Shown one piece after another: positions 1 to 14,910 of a stretch of 64,000 nucleotides of DNA; the stretch's first letter is position 1, and each line of letters starts with the position of its first letter. The stretch covers positions 32,116,001-32,180,000 of the forward strand of contig NC_043013.1 in assembly GCF_006345805.1 (NCBI RefSeq), read 5' to 3'. The position numbers were made by a program, and so were the translations under genes. Below the pieces are notes generated by a model. That model worked only from the letters and a program-made list of their open reading frames with translations. It did not search any database and had not been told where the DNA came from. The stretch is from Octopus sinensis. Lineage: Eukaryota.

Positions 1-38
1 TCCCAAGACACAATAACAATTACAGACACTGCAGAAAG

Positions 39-69
<31 letters not shown>

Positions 70-153
70 GGAGATACATATATATGTATATATTTATATA
101 TATACACAGGCATTTTCTATGCGTGTATATGTACATATGTATACACACACATT

Positions 154-208
<55 letters not shown>

Positions 209-233
209 TAATACACATATGTACATGTGCGTG

Positions 234-277
<44 letters not shown>

Positions 278-1253
278 TATTTATGGATGTCTATGTATGT
301 ATTCAAAATTTTATATACATACAGTCGAAAATGTCTTTTGGCCTTTTATGAACGCTTTTTCATAGATTCCTTGTTATTAATTTATTGTTGTTTTTTTTTT
401 TAATTGCTTATGAAATTATTAGTTCGTCAGTTTATGAATTTTTCACTTAATTATTCATTCATTAATTTCCTTTAAAAACCACAATTCCACCATACTCAGC
501 ACTTTCGTCGCCTTTTTTCTCAATTATTTTTTGTTAACCTTTTTATCCAATCGACCTCTGCAGATATTTCATAGACGCCCGTCACATTTTACTAGCTTTT
601 AAATCTGACAATAAACTATCTTACATCAATTATTCAGCATTCCCTATATTTCACCTTTCGCACTGGCCTCTTATTTCAAAGTTACTATAAGTTCGCCTTT
701 TAAATCTTGGAATTCAGATATTATGTTTTAATCACCCTGTCATTTTTTTACATTACAATTAGCTACATTATTATTATGGTTGCTGTTGTTGTTGTTGCCG
801 TTGTCGTTGTTGTTGTGGTTGTTGTCGTAGTCGTTAATATTGTTGTTGGTGTTTTTGCTGTTGTTGTTGCTGTTTATATTTAGTATTAACGCATTGGTTC
901 TGCTCTGGCTGTAGATAATCTTCGGTTTTCCAGGGATTTTAAAACTTGTGATTAAATCTTTAAATACCTAATGCGTTTTGATCGCACTAATGAGGTTTTT
1001 TTTTTATTGAATTAATTTTCACTTCAATTTGAGAAAGTACAAATTCTATTGAATACTTTATTTTTGCTTTTTGTTTTTTTTTCAATTTGACTTAAACGTC
1101 GCTGAATGTTAAGACTGTATTGAAGTGTTTCTATTAATAATTTTAGAAGCAACACTTTTAAAAAGCAAGTAATTTATTAAATTGTATTTCACAGAAAAAG
1201 CTTAAATAGATTTATTTAGACATTTTGTGGAGAAGGATTGATTAGATTCTTAC

Positions 1254-1353
1254 CGGCAGCAAATGAATTTAGGAACCACCCCATACTCTGAAACAAAAGC
1301 AAAATAACTACGAAGCGAAACGACACAAGCAAGTTTGTTTTATAGCCAGACAT
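1254..1353 (-). CDS. Probable first coding exon of a secreted/membrane protein (signal peptide); gene continues toward and beyond the left window edge
   Basis: Manual translation: ATG at 1353 gives MSGYKTNLLVSFRFVVILLLFQSMGWFLNSFAA+G, then a phase-1 donor GCCG|GTAAGA at 1253. Basic N-region, hydrophobic core, small-residue end. Lies in non-repetitive sequence. No downstream exon seen. Confidence 0.55.
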
Positions 1354-2021
1354 ATTCTTTTAGACATTCAATACTTGAGTCGTCTTAGCGACAAAAACGA
1401 CGACGTAAACAGTAATAATATTAGCAGCTACACATGAATAAATATCGCCGAGCGAGAAATACCCAATTAAAGGTACTTCTGCCAAGTCCGCACCTGTCCT
1501 GTATTTTCTCCATCAATCAGTTGTGGAAATTAAAGAGGCAGAACCTAAAATTGGAACAGTGGCAAAAAATATTCTTAAACCAATATTGTCCTTATTGAAA
1601 AGCTCTTATACGAGTAGACAAAGTAAAATTTAATTTTCCTTTGTCTCTTGAAAGATGGAGTCAATTTTCTCTAGCCTCAACACCTAACTAAGGGAGGCCC
1701 TTGCTGATATATGAGCTTACAATTTTTACACAGGGATAGACAAATCCTTCGATATTCTCTACATGACCTTCACGAGCGAGTACAAACGGTGATTGTCCTA
1801 ACACACTCGCTCATGTAACGTTGCGTCACAGTAGATATTGTAGCACAAGAGAAGTCAAAAAGACATAATTTTATCAACTGATATTGTTATTGTCGTTACC
1901 AACTTTCTAAAACAATGTGAATTGGTGAGAAGCGCTCGTGTAATGTGAAGAACGTGGGTGTAAAGAGTTAGCATAGAATGAAAAGCATTATGATCTCTCA
2001 TTCAGATATCATATGGTCATT

Positions 2022-2065
2022 CCAGAGACCATTCCAGAGACTATTCCAGACACCATTCCAGAGAT
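2022..2065 (+). repeat. 12-bp tandem repeat (CCATTCCAGAGA-like) x~4
   Basis: cattccagagac-cattccagagac-tattccagacac-cattccagagat. Confidence 0.9.
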
Positions 2066-2559
2066 CACAGGACCTATGCACTTTTGTCGCCACAAGATCA
2101 AAGGCAATAAGACTGACGATACAGAGGCGACAGAAAACCCCAGTTGTTACACTTGTGACAACAAAAATATCTTCAGAGTATTCTGCTCTGAGGATTTTGA
2201 AAATTAAAAGAATAACGGTAGAGTGGAAGATGATACCAACAGCAGAAACTGCCAACAGTATCATGAGAGGCCCTACAGTTCTTGGATGGTCGGAACACAC
2301 ATATTATCATCACTCTCGAAAACAAATGAGTGAGAAACAAATACCCAGGATGTAGAGACCACCTCTGCCGTCAGCACTATGGTAATATCTTGATGTAAGT
2401 GAAAGTGAACAGAGAAAGGAAATATATCAACCGTCAGAGAAAACATTAAAAGAAGAAAGAAGAAATAGAAGCTAACAAACGCCCATATATGTGTGTATAT
2501 GTGTTTGTATTTACGTACAAGTAATATTCAAGAATTGTTGATATTTTTTTACAGGAAAC

Positions 2560-3300
2560 ACATTTATTGATTCAGAAAATTATAAAATTCTAATCTCCTT
2601 CAAAGTAAGATCCTCGGACTTCAATTTTATTCGTTGTAGAGCTGTGGTTTATTCGTGAAGGTCCCAGGTCCCATGAAAGTTTTCCAGTGTGAAGATGACC
2701 GAGACTCTTGTCACTGTCTTTTTACGGTTTCAAAACGACTGCCCAGGAGGTTATCCTTCAGCTTCAGAAACAACCAGGTGTCACAGAGAGCAATGTATGG
2801 ACTGTAAGGAAGACGAAACACTTTGATGCCCATCTCTGTCAAGTAGTCGCTTACCAGGATGCTCGTTTCTGAGTAACTTGGGAATAAACTTTACAGATGT
2901 ATAATTCTGTTGTCCCACCAACTCTAAGCAGTATGTTTATTTTATATGACGGTATTCATCGAGAAAAAAATCCAAATTTTCTCAACTAACTCTGATGTTC
3001 TGACATCTCCCCCACCCCACCCGCACACACACCTCATCGTCTCTGACCTCCTCTTTAGTGTCCTTAAACCTCTTGTGCCAGTGGAAACCAGATGCTCGGC
3101 CCATGCAAGACAATCCATAAGCAGTTTGGAGTATTCCATAAGTTCCGGCAGCGTTTTTGCCTAGTTTGACATTGCATTCACGCACCGACTGCATTCTCAA
3201 GCAAATCAGCTAAAGCAAGTAGTGTTTCGTGAGGTGCCGCCGTCAAAGTGGTGTTGCAGTTGGCAGGTGAGAATATTAGATTTATAGTAATTATATACGA
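2560..3300 (-). mobile_element. Internally deleted mariner transposon relic
   Basis: N-terminal HTH-like VKLGKNAAGTYGILQTAYGLSCMGRASGFHWHKRFK..EEVRDDE (2982-3200) and C-terminal LPYSPYIALCDTWLFLKLKDNLLGSRF (degenerate HPPYSPDLAPxDF) near 2730-2860. Ends approximate. Confidence 0.85.
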
Positions 3301-3491
3301 AAATTACAATAATCTAGGACAGAACTTCCTCTCGTAAAGATGTCTCAAGGCTTCTGGTATGCTTCTCGCATTTATATGTGTGTGTGTATGTGTATGTGTG
3401 TGTATCTGTGTGTATACATAAATATGTATACATATATTTATGTATCATATATATATTATATATATATATACAGATATATACATATATACAC

Positions 3492-3527
<36 letters not shown>

Positions 3528-3723
3528 TATATATATATATATGTATGTATGTATGTATATATATATACATATAACTATATATATATATATATATATAATA
3601 TATATATATATAATACATACATATATATATAATATATACAATATATATACACGCGTATGTGTGTATATATATGTATGTATATGTAAATGCATATACGCAC
3701 TCACACACAAATATATGTGTGTG

Positions 3724-3764
<41 letters not shown>

Positions 3765-4692
3765 GAGGGTAAGAAAGAAAGAAAAGTCACTTCTTCCAAT
3801 AATTAGAACATGTTAAGTTTACGCTTGTGACAAAATCCATTCTTTTATGTCTAAGATTAAGTTAGTAGAACTTCCTGCATGGAATCACTTCAATCATCGT
3901 CTCTAAGTTTCACTATATTGCATGTCTTCTGAAAACAATTAAAAACTAAAACCTTTTCCACATAAACTAATTAATACTTTCGATTTCTATAGCTAATCGA
4001 ATTAACCTTCATGGTAATGTACACACGTATGAAGTAGTCGTAGTAGTAGTATAATTTAGAAAAATAATGTTTACGTGTGTTCTGAAGTCATCACAAAGAA
4101 ACAGAGTTGGAATCAAGCAATATTAGAGAAATTATCATTCTGCTTTCCTATTTTGTTCTTTTCTTGTGCTTAGCTTTATATTTCCAATCTAATCACCGAC
4201 AAAGATTTCATAAAATGTTGATCGTCTGAGATCACTCAGAACATTGAAATTGCTAAGTTTATAACCTGCCAATAGTGTTTGGCAAAAATGTGAGTGAACC
4301 GAATTGTTTTAATATGCCGTGCTCGCTGGCTTGTTATTAATGTAATGGCACTTATATATATTAATGTTTATGGCATATTAGTGGAAAGAAAATTTATATA
4401 TTCATTTTCGTATTGACACATACTTATATCGATTCCAATCTTACTTCCTTTGTCCTCACGCAGTTGCTTCTAATATTTATCTCTATATGTCAATTTGTAG
4501 TATTTACAACAGCGAATCTCAGACTAGACTTAGATCTACTTTAAAGATGGAGATGCAAACTTGCATATATAACTTGCAGTGGCCTTATGATTGCGGGGGG
4601 TGGGAGTTCGGAACGCAAACCAGAGCTATCCTTGTCAGTTAGCATCATGCAAAACAGGTGAGAATATTTGGTTAAGGAAACCATTTTTTAAT

Positions 4693-5165
4693 CTTTTACT
4701 TGTTTCAGTCATTAGACTGCAGCCATGCTGGGACACTTCCTTCAATAGTTTTATCAAATAAACCGACCTAGTACTTAATTTTAAATCTAGTACTTATTTC
4801 ATCGATCTCTTTCCGAACCTCTAATTTATAAGAGCTGTGGAGGCGCATGGCTTAGTGATTAGGGTGTCAGCATCATGATTGGAAGATTGTGGTTTCGATT
4901 CCTGGACCGGGGGATGCGTTGTGTTCTTGTGTAAGACACTTCATTTCACGTTGCTCCAGTCCACTCAGTTGGCAAAAATGAGTAACGCTGCGATGGACTG
5001 GCGTCCCGTCCAGCTGGGGAACACATACGCCATTGAAAGCGGGAAACCGGGCCCATGAGCCTGGCTAGGCTTTAAAAGGGTGCATTTATTTTTTAATTTA
5101 TTAGATCGGCGTAAACAAACCAACACTGGTTGTTAAACGGTGGAGGGGAGCCTGTAGAAACACAC

Positions 5166-5243
<78 letters not shown>

Positions 5244-5460
5244 TGGGAGGGAGGGAGGGAAGGAGGGAGTTGAAAGAGAGAGAGATGTATATACTATAGT
5301 TATTCACAGTTTCAGTCTACTAAATTCACTCACAACGCATTGTACGTTCCTAGGATATTTTAGAAGATTCTCGCCCAAAGTGCCGCTCATTGGTACTGAA
5401 CTTAAAATCACGTTAGTTGCAAAGCGAGCTCCTTAACAGCACAGTCATACTTGCACCTAC
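4693..5460 (-). mobile_element. tRNA-derived SINE family B (CORE-like), interrupted by a family C SINE and (GATA)n
   Basis: Reverse complement of the B tail (gactgaaacaagtaaaag) at 4693-4830 and of the B body/head at 5105-5460. Confidence 0.75.
4838..5085 (+). mobile_element. tRNA-derived SINE family C, tail type 1
   Basis: A box (tggcttagtgattag), B box (gtttcgattcc), core gtgttcttgtgtaagacacttcatttcacgttgctcc, tail gcgatggactggcgtcccgtccag. Homologous copy at 58455-58724 (-). Confidence 0.85.
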
Positions 5461-7519
5461 ATATTGATATATATTCTATGAAATTTGAAATTACAAGGCA
5501 CCATCCTTTATATTTTCTATTTTAAACAGTAAAAACCATTTGGAAAAATTGCAACCAACCTAACAATAATATATATAGTAATGAGAACCCAATCTGTTAC
5601 GCCTAGTGTTGAGTTTACTACCTTATTGCTGCTTGTATAGAAAATTATTTCTATTACATCTTCACTATATATAATAGTGTATGTACTATACTAACTAATA
5701 CTAAGGCGGAATGGACACTTTCTTGAACTAACAATTTGTGAGACTAATTCGAATTCGATCATACGACCATGATAATAATGGTGACTAACCAAGAAATGAT
5801 TTAGGCGTTCATAATAATCACTCCATCAATATCAATAATTGATAACTAAAGTAAATTGTTCAGCATATGATCATGCGACAGAAATTCAAAAAAAATATTC
5901 AAAGTCTAGGTGCCCTGAAATTATCTGAAACGCGAAATCTAAAATCTAAATCACACGAAACTGATGACAGCATTGTTGGGATGGCAACTGTGTGATAAAT
6001 CAATAGAGAGACAAATATGGAGCCAGAAAACAAATGCTGAAAGTTTTCAAAACGTGGCACTTTAGAATAGATTATTTTTACCCCTTCAAAGTGTTCACTT
6101 GAAAGTTATAAATTGTTGACGTAGCTATTTGTAACAAGCCATATTCCTACCTGAAAAAGACATTTGCTTCGCCCAGCAATAATAAATCTAATTACCAACA
6201 TAATGCATGAATTATTACTGGTTTCCTAGGATTTTAGAATTCTTCAAATAGCAACTTACTGTTGTTGCACTAGGTCTGGTGGCATTCATAGTGTATGAAA
6301 TACAAATGTTAATTATAGCTTAAGCCTTACTTTTCAGAAGAACTCCCCCGTCACTAAAAGATAATCAATATTACTTCAAAACCGTGTTCTCATACATAAT
6401 TATAATGTTATAGTCGACTGCGTATTTCGTTACTGATCAATTGTTGTGTTTTCTGACTCCCGTAAAAAGGCCACTAAAGTTCTCGTGACACCATAAATAG
6501 ACCTAGGAACATTATTTTTGTTACAAAAATGACGGGACGGTCACTACTGGAAAGCTTTCATTACAGATTCGATCGATCATACATAGCACTGCAAATATAC
6601 CTGTTGTCTAGTAAGCTAAGAAAATAATAGACACCGTGAGCTACCGTGAGCAGTTATAACAACTGCGATATAAAAAGAGCGTTTCCTGAATAATTGCTTA
6701 AATTGTTTAAAATAATCTTTTAAGCTTCAAGGTATCCACGGCAGAGCCAACAACAATGTCTGAAACTGTTCTAAGGAAAGTAAGTTGCTTTTTATCAATT
6801 AGAGGAAAGGATATTGCACATGGCTAGTTTCAGCTTACTTTAGATTTGTAAGACGGATAGAGAGATTATCCTGAAACATGGAAATACCGTCCGAATGCTT
6901 GTGAGAAAGTGAACTCTGTTAAACGCACCTAAGAAGCATATAATGATGTTAAAATAGACATTGGATTAAGTCTACAATTCAAATGGGGCATGTCGGGATT
7001 TCAATTCAAAAGGTAAAGAGCATCTTGTCCAACAGACTGACGATTTCACAAAACCACCGTCCTTGAAAAGCAAACTTGACCTCGATGGTTCTTTCGTCCC
7101 ATATTCCAACGTCTGTCCCAATTCAGCACACGTATGGTTCATACGTTTTGCAACTTTTAGTTATATATTATAATTATTGCTTCTGGTCACTCGAAAAGCA
7201 ACGTGTTAAAAATCTTAGGCTATAGATCTTTCATTGAACGGAGGCGAATTGGCAGGTGGTTTGGTAGTCGATTGGTAGAGACATGGTACTAATGCACTAT
7301 GATACAGAGTTTCTTGTGCTTACGTTCAGTTTTAAGTCCACCTTACATTTCTTGTTTGACAAAAATATGTAACAATAAACTACTGAAAGCTATATAATTA
7401 ACCAGAACTCGGTCCAGAATTGACAACCTGGCACCTATGTTAGAAATCTGTAGTTTACTGTAAGTGAAGAGGAACTTCTCAGCTCCAGGTTAAAAACATA
7501 TATTTTTTTCTTTTCTAAT

Positions 7520-7710
7520 TTTGACACAAGGCCGGTAATATTCACAGGAGTGTGAAAGTTGATTACACTGACTCAAGTGATCAACTAGCACGTATTTTAT
7601 CTACCCCAAAAGATGGAAGGGAACGTCGATTTCAGGGGATTTGAACACAGACGGAATGTCACTAAGCATTTGCCCGGGGCGCTAACGATTCTGCCAGCTC
7701 ACCACCTTTA
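7520..7710 (-). mobile_element. SINE family A, diverged
   Basis: Ends in gctaacgattctgccagctcaccacc, the reverse complement of the family A head. Confidence 0.7.
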
Positions 7711-7911
7711 AATACACGCACACATATATAGGCTTCAAATTCTTTACAGTGCTTAGAAAAATTGAAGGACCACTCTAGTAAATGTGTCAATCTGAGAGGG
7801 GAATATGCTGAATAAAATCATAATTATCTGATCCTCTTGTATTTCCTCTTACACAAAATACTTACCCATGAACATTTCAGGACACCCTCATATATTCATA
7901 TATATATATAT

Positions 7912-8330
7912 AGGCCGCAGGAGTGGCTGTGGTAAGTAGCTGGTCACAGGAGTGGCTGTGTGGTAAGTAGCTTGTTTACCAACCACATAGTTCCGAGTCC
8001 GGGTTCATTCTCACTGCATGGCACCTTGGGCAAGTGCCTTCTACTATAGCCTCGAGCCGACCAAAGCCTTGTGAGTAGATTTGGTATATATGTGTGTGTG
8101 TGTGTATGCGCGTGTATATGTTTGTGTGTCTGTGTGTCTCCCCAGCATCGCTTGTCAACCGATGCTGGTGTGTTTACGTCACCGTAACTTAGCGGTTCGG
8201 CAAAAGAGACCGATAGAATAAGTACTAGGCTTCCAAAGAATAAGTCCTGGAGTCGAATTGCCCGACTAAAAGACGGTGCTCCAGCACGGCCGCAGTCAAA
8301 TGACTGAAACAAGTAATAGAGTAAAAGAGT
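7912..8330 (+). mobile_element. SINE family B, full length with duplicated 5' end
   Basis: aggagtggctgtgtggtaagtagc head twice, ggcaccttgggcaagtg core, internal (TG)n, tail gcagtcaaatgactgaaacaagtaa. Confidence 0.9.
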
Positions 8331-9155
8331 ATACATGAGTGTGAGTGTGTGTGTGCGTGTGATCGCATACGCGCATATATACACACGTACAATCACACAC
8401 ACACATTTATTTATGTTATAGTATAGTACGTTATATTACATACGACTCTGTGTGCGTAAATGAGTTTTTGTGTGTGCTTTTATACGCAAAATCTTTCATT
8501 TAGATATTTTACTTTCCCAAGCCACCATGGTTGATATTCTAAAATGGCGACTCTACATCTCTTCTTTCATATAGATACTGATCGCTTGCAAGTCTTGTCA
8601 ATACTGAGTAAAATATGTTTCTATGAGGAGATATCTGATATATTTATCTCTTGTTTTTCATTAGTTGGTTTCAAAGACAAAGCGCACTCATATCTGTACC
8701 ATCTATACTTCACAAAATTTTTGTTGGTTCCTTTTATTAAAATTACGTCTATTGCTTAAAAACCTTTTCTGGATTCTAAGCAACTCTTGATTGACGTTTG
8801 CTTGCTAACATTTTGAATACTCTCGCCTATTCAAAATTTTTAATCTTACTAAATTGCGTATATGACAAACTACTGTATAAATATGTGTGTATGTGTATGT
8901 ATGAGTATACATACATATACATATGGATGTATAAATGTATACGTATATAAATACATCTTCATTTAGGAGCGTAAGTGTTGGTGTGTGTTTATGTGTGCGT
9001 GTAGATGTAGATACATTCCCAGATTATACAGAGAGAAAGATTATGTGTGAGATAGAGAGATGGTCGTGAAGAATGAGAGTAGATGATGCTGTTGTATTGG
9101 TGTATGTGTATGTACTTGCGTCAAAAGATTTAGATAAATATAGATAGGTAGATAA

Positions 9156-9220
<65 letters not shown>

Positions 9221-9277
9221 CGTATAGATAGATCGATAGATAGGCTAGATAGGTAGGTAGGTAGGTAGGTAGGTAGG

Positions 9278-10456
<1,179 letters not shown>

Positions 10457-11343
10457 TTCCAATGCATATACGCATATAAGTATGTGTGATCTTTTTATTC
10501 TCCTGTTCCTTCCTTGAGATAGCAAATGGATTCAAGTATATCATCACGATCAGCTTAGCAGTTATCGATAACTCTCCATGATACAGAGTTAAACGACGTT
10601 TTGCTAAAAGCTTCGTAATCCTATAATACTTTTCTTTTGAGTATTACGTATTAATTATGAGACGTAAGTATGCAAGACCGTGTAACTATATTTGCTTGTT
10701 TATTCTTTATTTTTTGCTAAGTTTGCCTGTCTTTTTGCTTTTTTTATGTAGTTTGTATTTCTTTCAGAATATATTTCGTTTCTATGCGAGGGATTGTATA
10801 CAGTTTATATCGCATGTGTATTGTACTTAAATGCGCTTAATAGAGAACACAGTAGAGATCGTTTTGTCAGTAGATGTTACCTTAGTAGCAAATGGTAACT
10901 GCTGATAGGGAAATTGAATTATCTTAAGCTGGAATATAGATAAAAGTGTCTACCTTTAGAAAAGCACGTACGAAGTAAATGCAAAAAGATTTTGTTATTA
11001 TGATAAATCCATTTTGCATGCTATACCGTATGAACTATTGTGGAAAATTATGATCTATTGCGGCAAATCACGATAAACAGCTGAGACATTCCCCAGTGTA
11101 AAAGAACTGTTTCTTATATTGCCATAACGGACTAGAAGGTGTTTCAGTCGATCTTAATGTAAGATTGTCAGATCAATTTCAGAAAACGTAGTGCACACAT
11201 TTCTCATAAAAGTGGCGACCATTGTTAGGAAGTAGCGCAGAATGGAAATCTTGTTAGTAAATCAAAACGTACGCCTATATGTACACGATATATATCTATA
11301 TGTATGTGTATATATATATATATTATATATATATATATATATA

Positions 11344-11536
11344 CGCGAGGAAACATTTTAAAAAAGGCGAATGCTAAATTGAATGTAAATTTTAATAAAA
11401 ATGGGTGTATGGAAAATTTTTCCATACACCCATTTTTATTAAAATTTACATTCAATTTAGCATTCTGCCTTTTTATAATTTTTCTCGCCTATCATTTCTC
11501 CACGTACGGTGAACACAACTCCACCATTTATTGATT

Positions 11537-11537
<1 letters not shown>
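11344..11537 (+). repeat. Near-perfect palindrome (~70-bp arms, centre ~11416) plus ~50-bp tail within (TA)n; probable truncated Penelope-like 3' end
   Basis: gaatgctaaattgaatgtaaattttaataaaaatgggtgtatggaaaa / tttttccatacacccatttttattaaaatttacattcaatttagcattc. Confidence 0.85.
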
Positions 11538-11620
<83 letters not shown>

Positions 11621-11779
11621 TATATATATGTTGTGTGTGTGTGTGTGTGTGTGTAAAATAACTGTTTCTTATATTGCCATAAAGGACTAGAAGGTGTTTC
11701 CGTTATATATATATATACACACACACATACACACACACATACACACACACATACACACACACACAACACACACACACAA

Positions 11780-11822
<43 letters not shown>

Positions 11823-12087
11823 AAACTATTTAGCTGGCTGATTCTTAACAGGATAATTCGTTTTAAAGTTATAGTAAAATGGACCTCAAATAAAAGTTCG
11901 CTTGCAATCTCGAATGATAGCGTAACACGCCATATGGAGTCCAAAGTGTAGTATTTATGTGTTGTTAGGTAATTAAATACGTAGTGCAAACTAAATGTGA
12001 CGACCATTTTAAGGAAGTAGTGCAGAATGGAAATTTTGTTAGGAAATCAAAACGCACGCATTATACATATTATTGCATAATGTGTAT

Positions 12088-12141
<54 letters not shown>

Positions 12142-12162
12142 AACGCACAGATGCACACATAC

Positions 12163-12470
12163 ACACAGCGTGCGATGGGTAAATTGTCGTTATTTTATAT
12201 ATTTGATTTCGCGCATGTGCATTGTTTGCTTTTCATTTTGTCGTCTACACAGTACAGTAGGTTCAGTTGGCCCTAGTATGTGAGAAAAACAGCGCTATGA
12301 CGCAATCCACACTGGCAGAAATATAGGAAACAACATGTTTTACTGCCTGGCATTCACGCCGGAAGCGCCAACACGAATATTTTAGAGTGTTTGTGTGTCA
12401 ATCTGAAAACAGTTAATTAGATGAATCTAATGATGATTACGAATGTACAGAAGCTTGGAAAACTCACTCT
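12163..12470 (+). mobile_element. Possible 5' fragment of a Tc1/mariner-superfamily element
   Basis: TIR-like start cagcgtgcgatgggtaaattgtcg and a degenerate HTH-like reading (MTQSTLAEI...GIHAGSANTNILECLCVNLKTV). Confidence 0.4.
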
Positions 12471-12852
12471 GGTCGTTCCACATACATACATACATATATA
12501 CATACAGACAGAGAGGATGTCCTTGAAGCCGAGGATTTAAACTTATAGAGACAATATTTGCACATCGCCTGAGGAAACACAACTAGATCCCATAATGCAA
12601 ATACCTGGAAGCCTGGAGAACTACGTTGCGTAAAAACAATTGTAGTGATTGCAAATAAATGTCCAACCGTACTCCTTCTTGCTGACTCAAACTTATTCAA
12701 TTATCTATTCATACACTGCAGAAACCCAAATGCAAATCTGGAAGTACATATAATACTACTACTATATACCACAGGGTGAAATCTGAAGGTGGACGAGATT
12801 TACATTGTACTCTACTACGTTCGTAACAGAACATAACATAACTATATATCTA

Positions 12853-12892
<40 letters not shown>

Positions 12893-13500
12893 TAATATCG
12901 ACCGTAGACTTGCATAAGTGTTTCAAGTTCTTTTTAACTCATCTTCAGAGTTGGCAAGACATTATCTATATATTGCAGTATATTTACATAAAGCAAATCA
13001 TTAAAAAACAAAAATAAAGCCACTTACAAGAAATCTAACTGGAAAATCGACAGAAACAGTTCTCTCACTTTGTTGCTACTGTTAGATAGTATCAACTATT
13101 GAAAAACTACTTTTGGTGGTGTGATCGAAATATCACATCAGATGCAATATTACAGTGTGATACTATAAATATTGTCTAATATTCTGGTAATACCAGTGTG
13201 ATTGCTGAAGATAAACCAAAAATAACTTGAAACGTGTAAAGAGTGTAAGGTCGATAGATAGCTATACACCTGTATATAAATGCATTATAAATTTTGTTTT
13301 TGACTGTGACTCTAAATTACGCATTAGAGCTTGTTGAACCGGTGATAATAATATATGTTTCTGATATTTATATAGGAAAGATGACTTATTGGACATTATT
13401 GGAACGCTGGAGTAGTGGTAAAGAACTACAATATGACTTGAAAATCTAAAATTCTTTCTCTCTCTCTCACTCTCTCTCTCTTTCACACACACACACACAC

Positions 13501-13531
<31 letters not shown>

Positions 13532-13600
13532 CAGAATCTGTCATGTATAATATGTGTTTGGCTGTGTGTTTGTATGTGTGTGCGCGCGCTTGAGTGTGTA

Positions 13601-13653
<53 letters not shown>

Positions 13654-13780
13654 TATATATATGCAGCTATGGTATATTCTGTTAAGAGCCATGTTGCGTA
13701 GAAACAGTTGTAGTGATTGAAAAAAAGCCAATCGTACTCTTACTTGTTGACTCCAAATTTTTTCAATCATACTGCTTCAA

Positions 13781-13880
13781 GAGGCGCAGGAGTGATTGTC
13801 AGGTAAGAAGTTTGCTTCCACACCACATGGTTCCGGGTTCAGTCCCATTGCGTGGCACCTTGGCCAAGTTTCTACTATAT
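13781..13880 (+). mobile_element. SINE family B head fragment
   Basis: gaggcgcaggagtg...ggttccgggttcagtcccattgcgtggcaccttggccaag. Confidence 0.85.
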
Positions 13881-14910
13881 GCGGAACACAACGTTCTAGA
13901 AATTGCTAACTTTCTAAACGTTGCAAGATCTTTTGTATGAAAAGTCCAGATGGAACTGGAAGTCACAGTTGGAAATGTTTCAACAATATCAAAGGAAAGA
14001 AAACATACAAAATGTTCGATCACTATAAAGACACTTCCAATGAATCCAAAATGCTCAAAATATTATCGATGGTGATACCCTCAAATCAATGGAGAGTCAT
14101 TACCAAAGAACCTCATCTGTAGGAGTTGGCTATCAGGACTGTGGTGCATTAGGTCATTCGATATAAGACGTGTGTTCTGAGGTGAGACCAAGTCATGTCT
14201 GCAAAGAAACACTAAAACCATTTGAACCGTGTCAACTGGTTACTTTACAAGGTTAAAACTTTTTCACAAACATGTCTCTGATGCGAAAAACTTCGACCAA
14301 GACCAAACGTCTAATAAGAGAAATGGCAGATGGGTGTATGCAGATCTCTAGAATGATGCATACTAAGTTTCTAGCAATTGTGATTATTTTAGTGGTGGTG
14401 AGTAACGATGGTAATGTCATGCCAGGTCAAATGGTTCCAGAGATTCTTAGAATTAATGCTGCTTGATATGTTGTGGTAGTGGAAGCAGTTGTTAAATTTT
14501 GATTGGATGAAGTATTTAACTAAAGGTTCTACGTGTTTCAACAAAATTCAGCTCCTTCTCAGAAAGTCAACGTAGCCCAGCACTTGATCTCAAACACTCT
14601 TTACAATCATGTAACAGCAAATCTATGGCCTCCAAACTCGCCTGGTTTAACTCTCATAGGCGTTTGGAGCGAGATGAAAGGAGAGTAATCTACAACTACG
14701 AAATATTATGGCTCCCCTGAACGTAATCACCACTGTCCACATGATATCCGGAATTAATAAGGACCGTTTCCGGTCGGGCATTGAAGCGAATCATATTAAA
14801 AAAAAGCTTGTCGAGAGCATGTGCACAAGATTGTACATTTAGTTTTTGCTACATTAGAATCGTTTCATTACGTAACCTAATATGACCTGAAAGACCTCGT
14901 GCACCCGTTA
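13881..14910 (+). mobile_element. Degenerate Tc1/mariner-superfamily (DD37D/maT-like) transposase relic
   Basis: Frameshifted motifs EIANFLNVARSFV, SDAKNFDQDQTSNKRNGRW, MHTKFLAIVIILVVVSNDGNVMP, VFQQNSAPS, LWPPNSPGL. Confidence 0.8.

Noticed and set aside
1978-2394. Overlapping ORFs (GPCR-like hydrophobic minus ORF; plus-strand segment between ttcag| at 2005 and |gtaagt at 2395)
   Set aside because: All three plus frames stop before the donor and the minus ORF has no recognisable motif; at most a non-coding exon.
11344-11488. Palindromes as MITEs or pre-miRNAs
   Set aside because: One-sided tails, little or no loop, and shared layout with the Penelope-containing locus.
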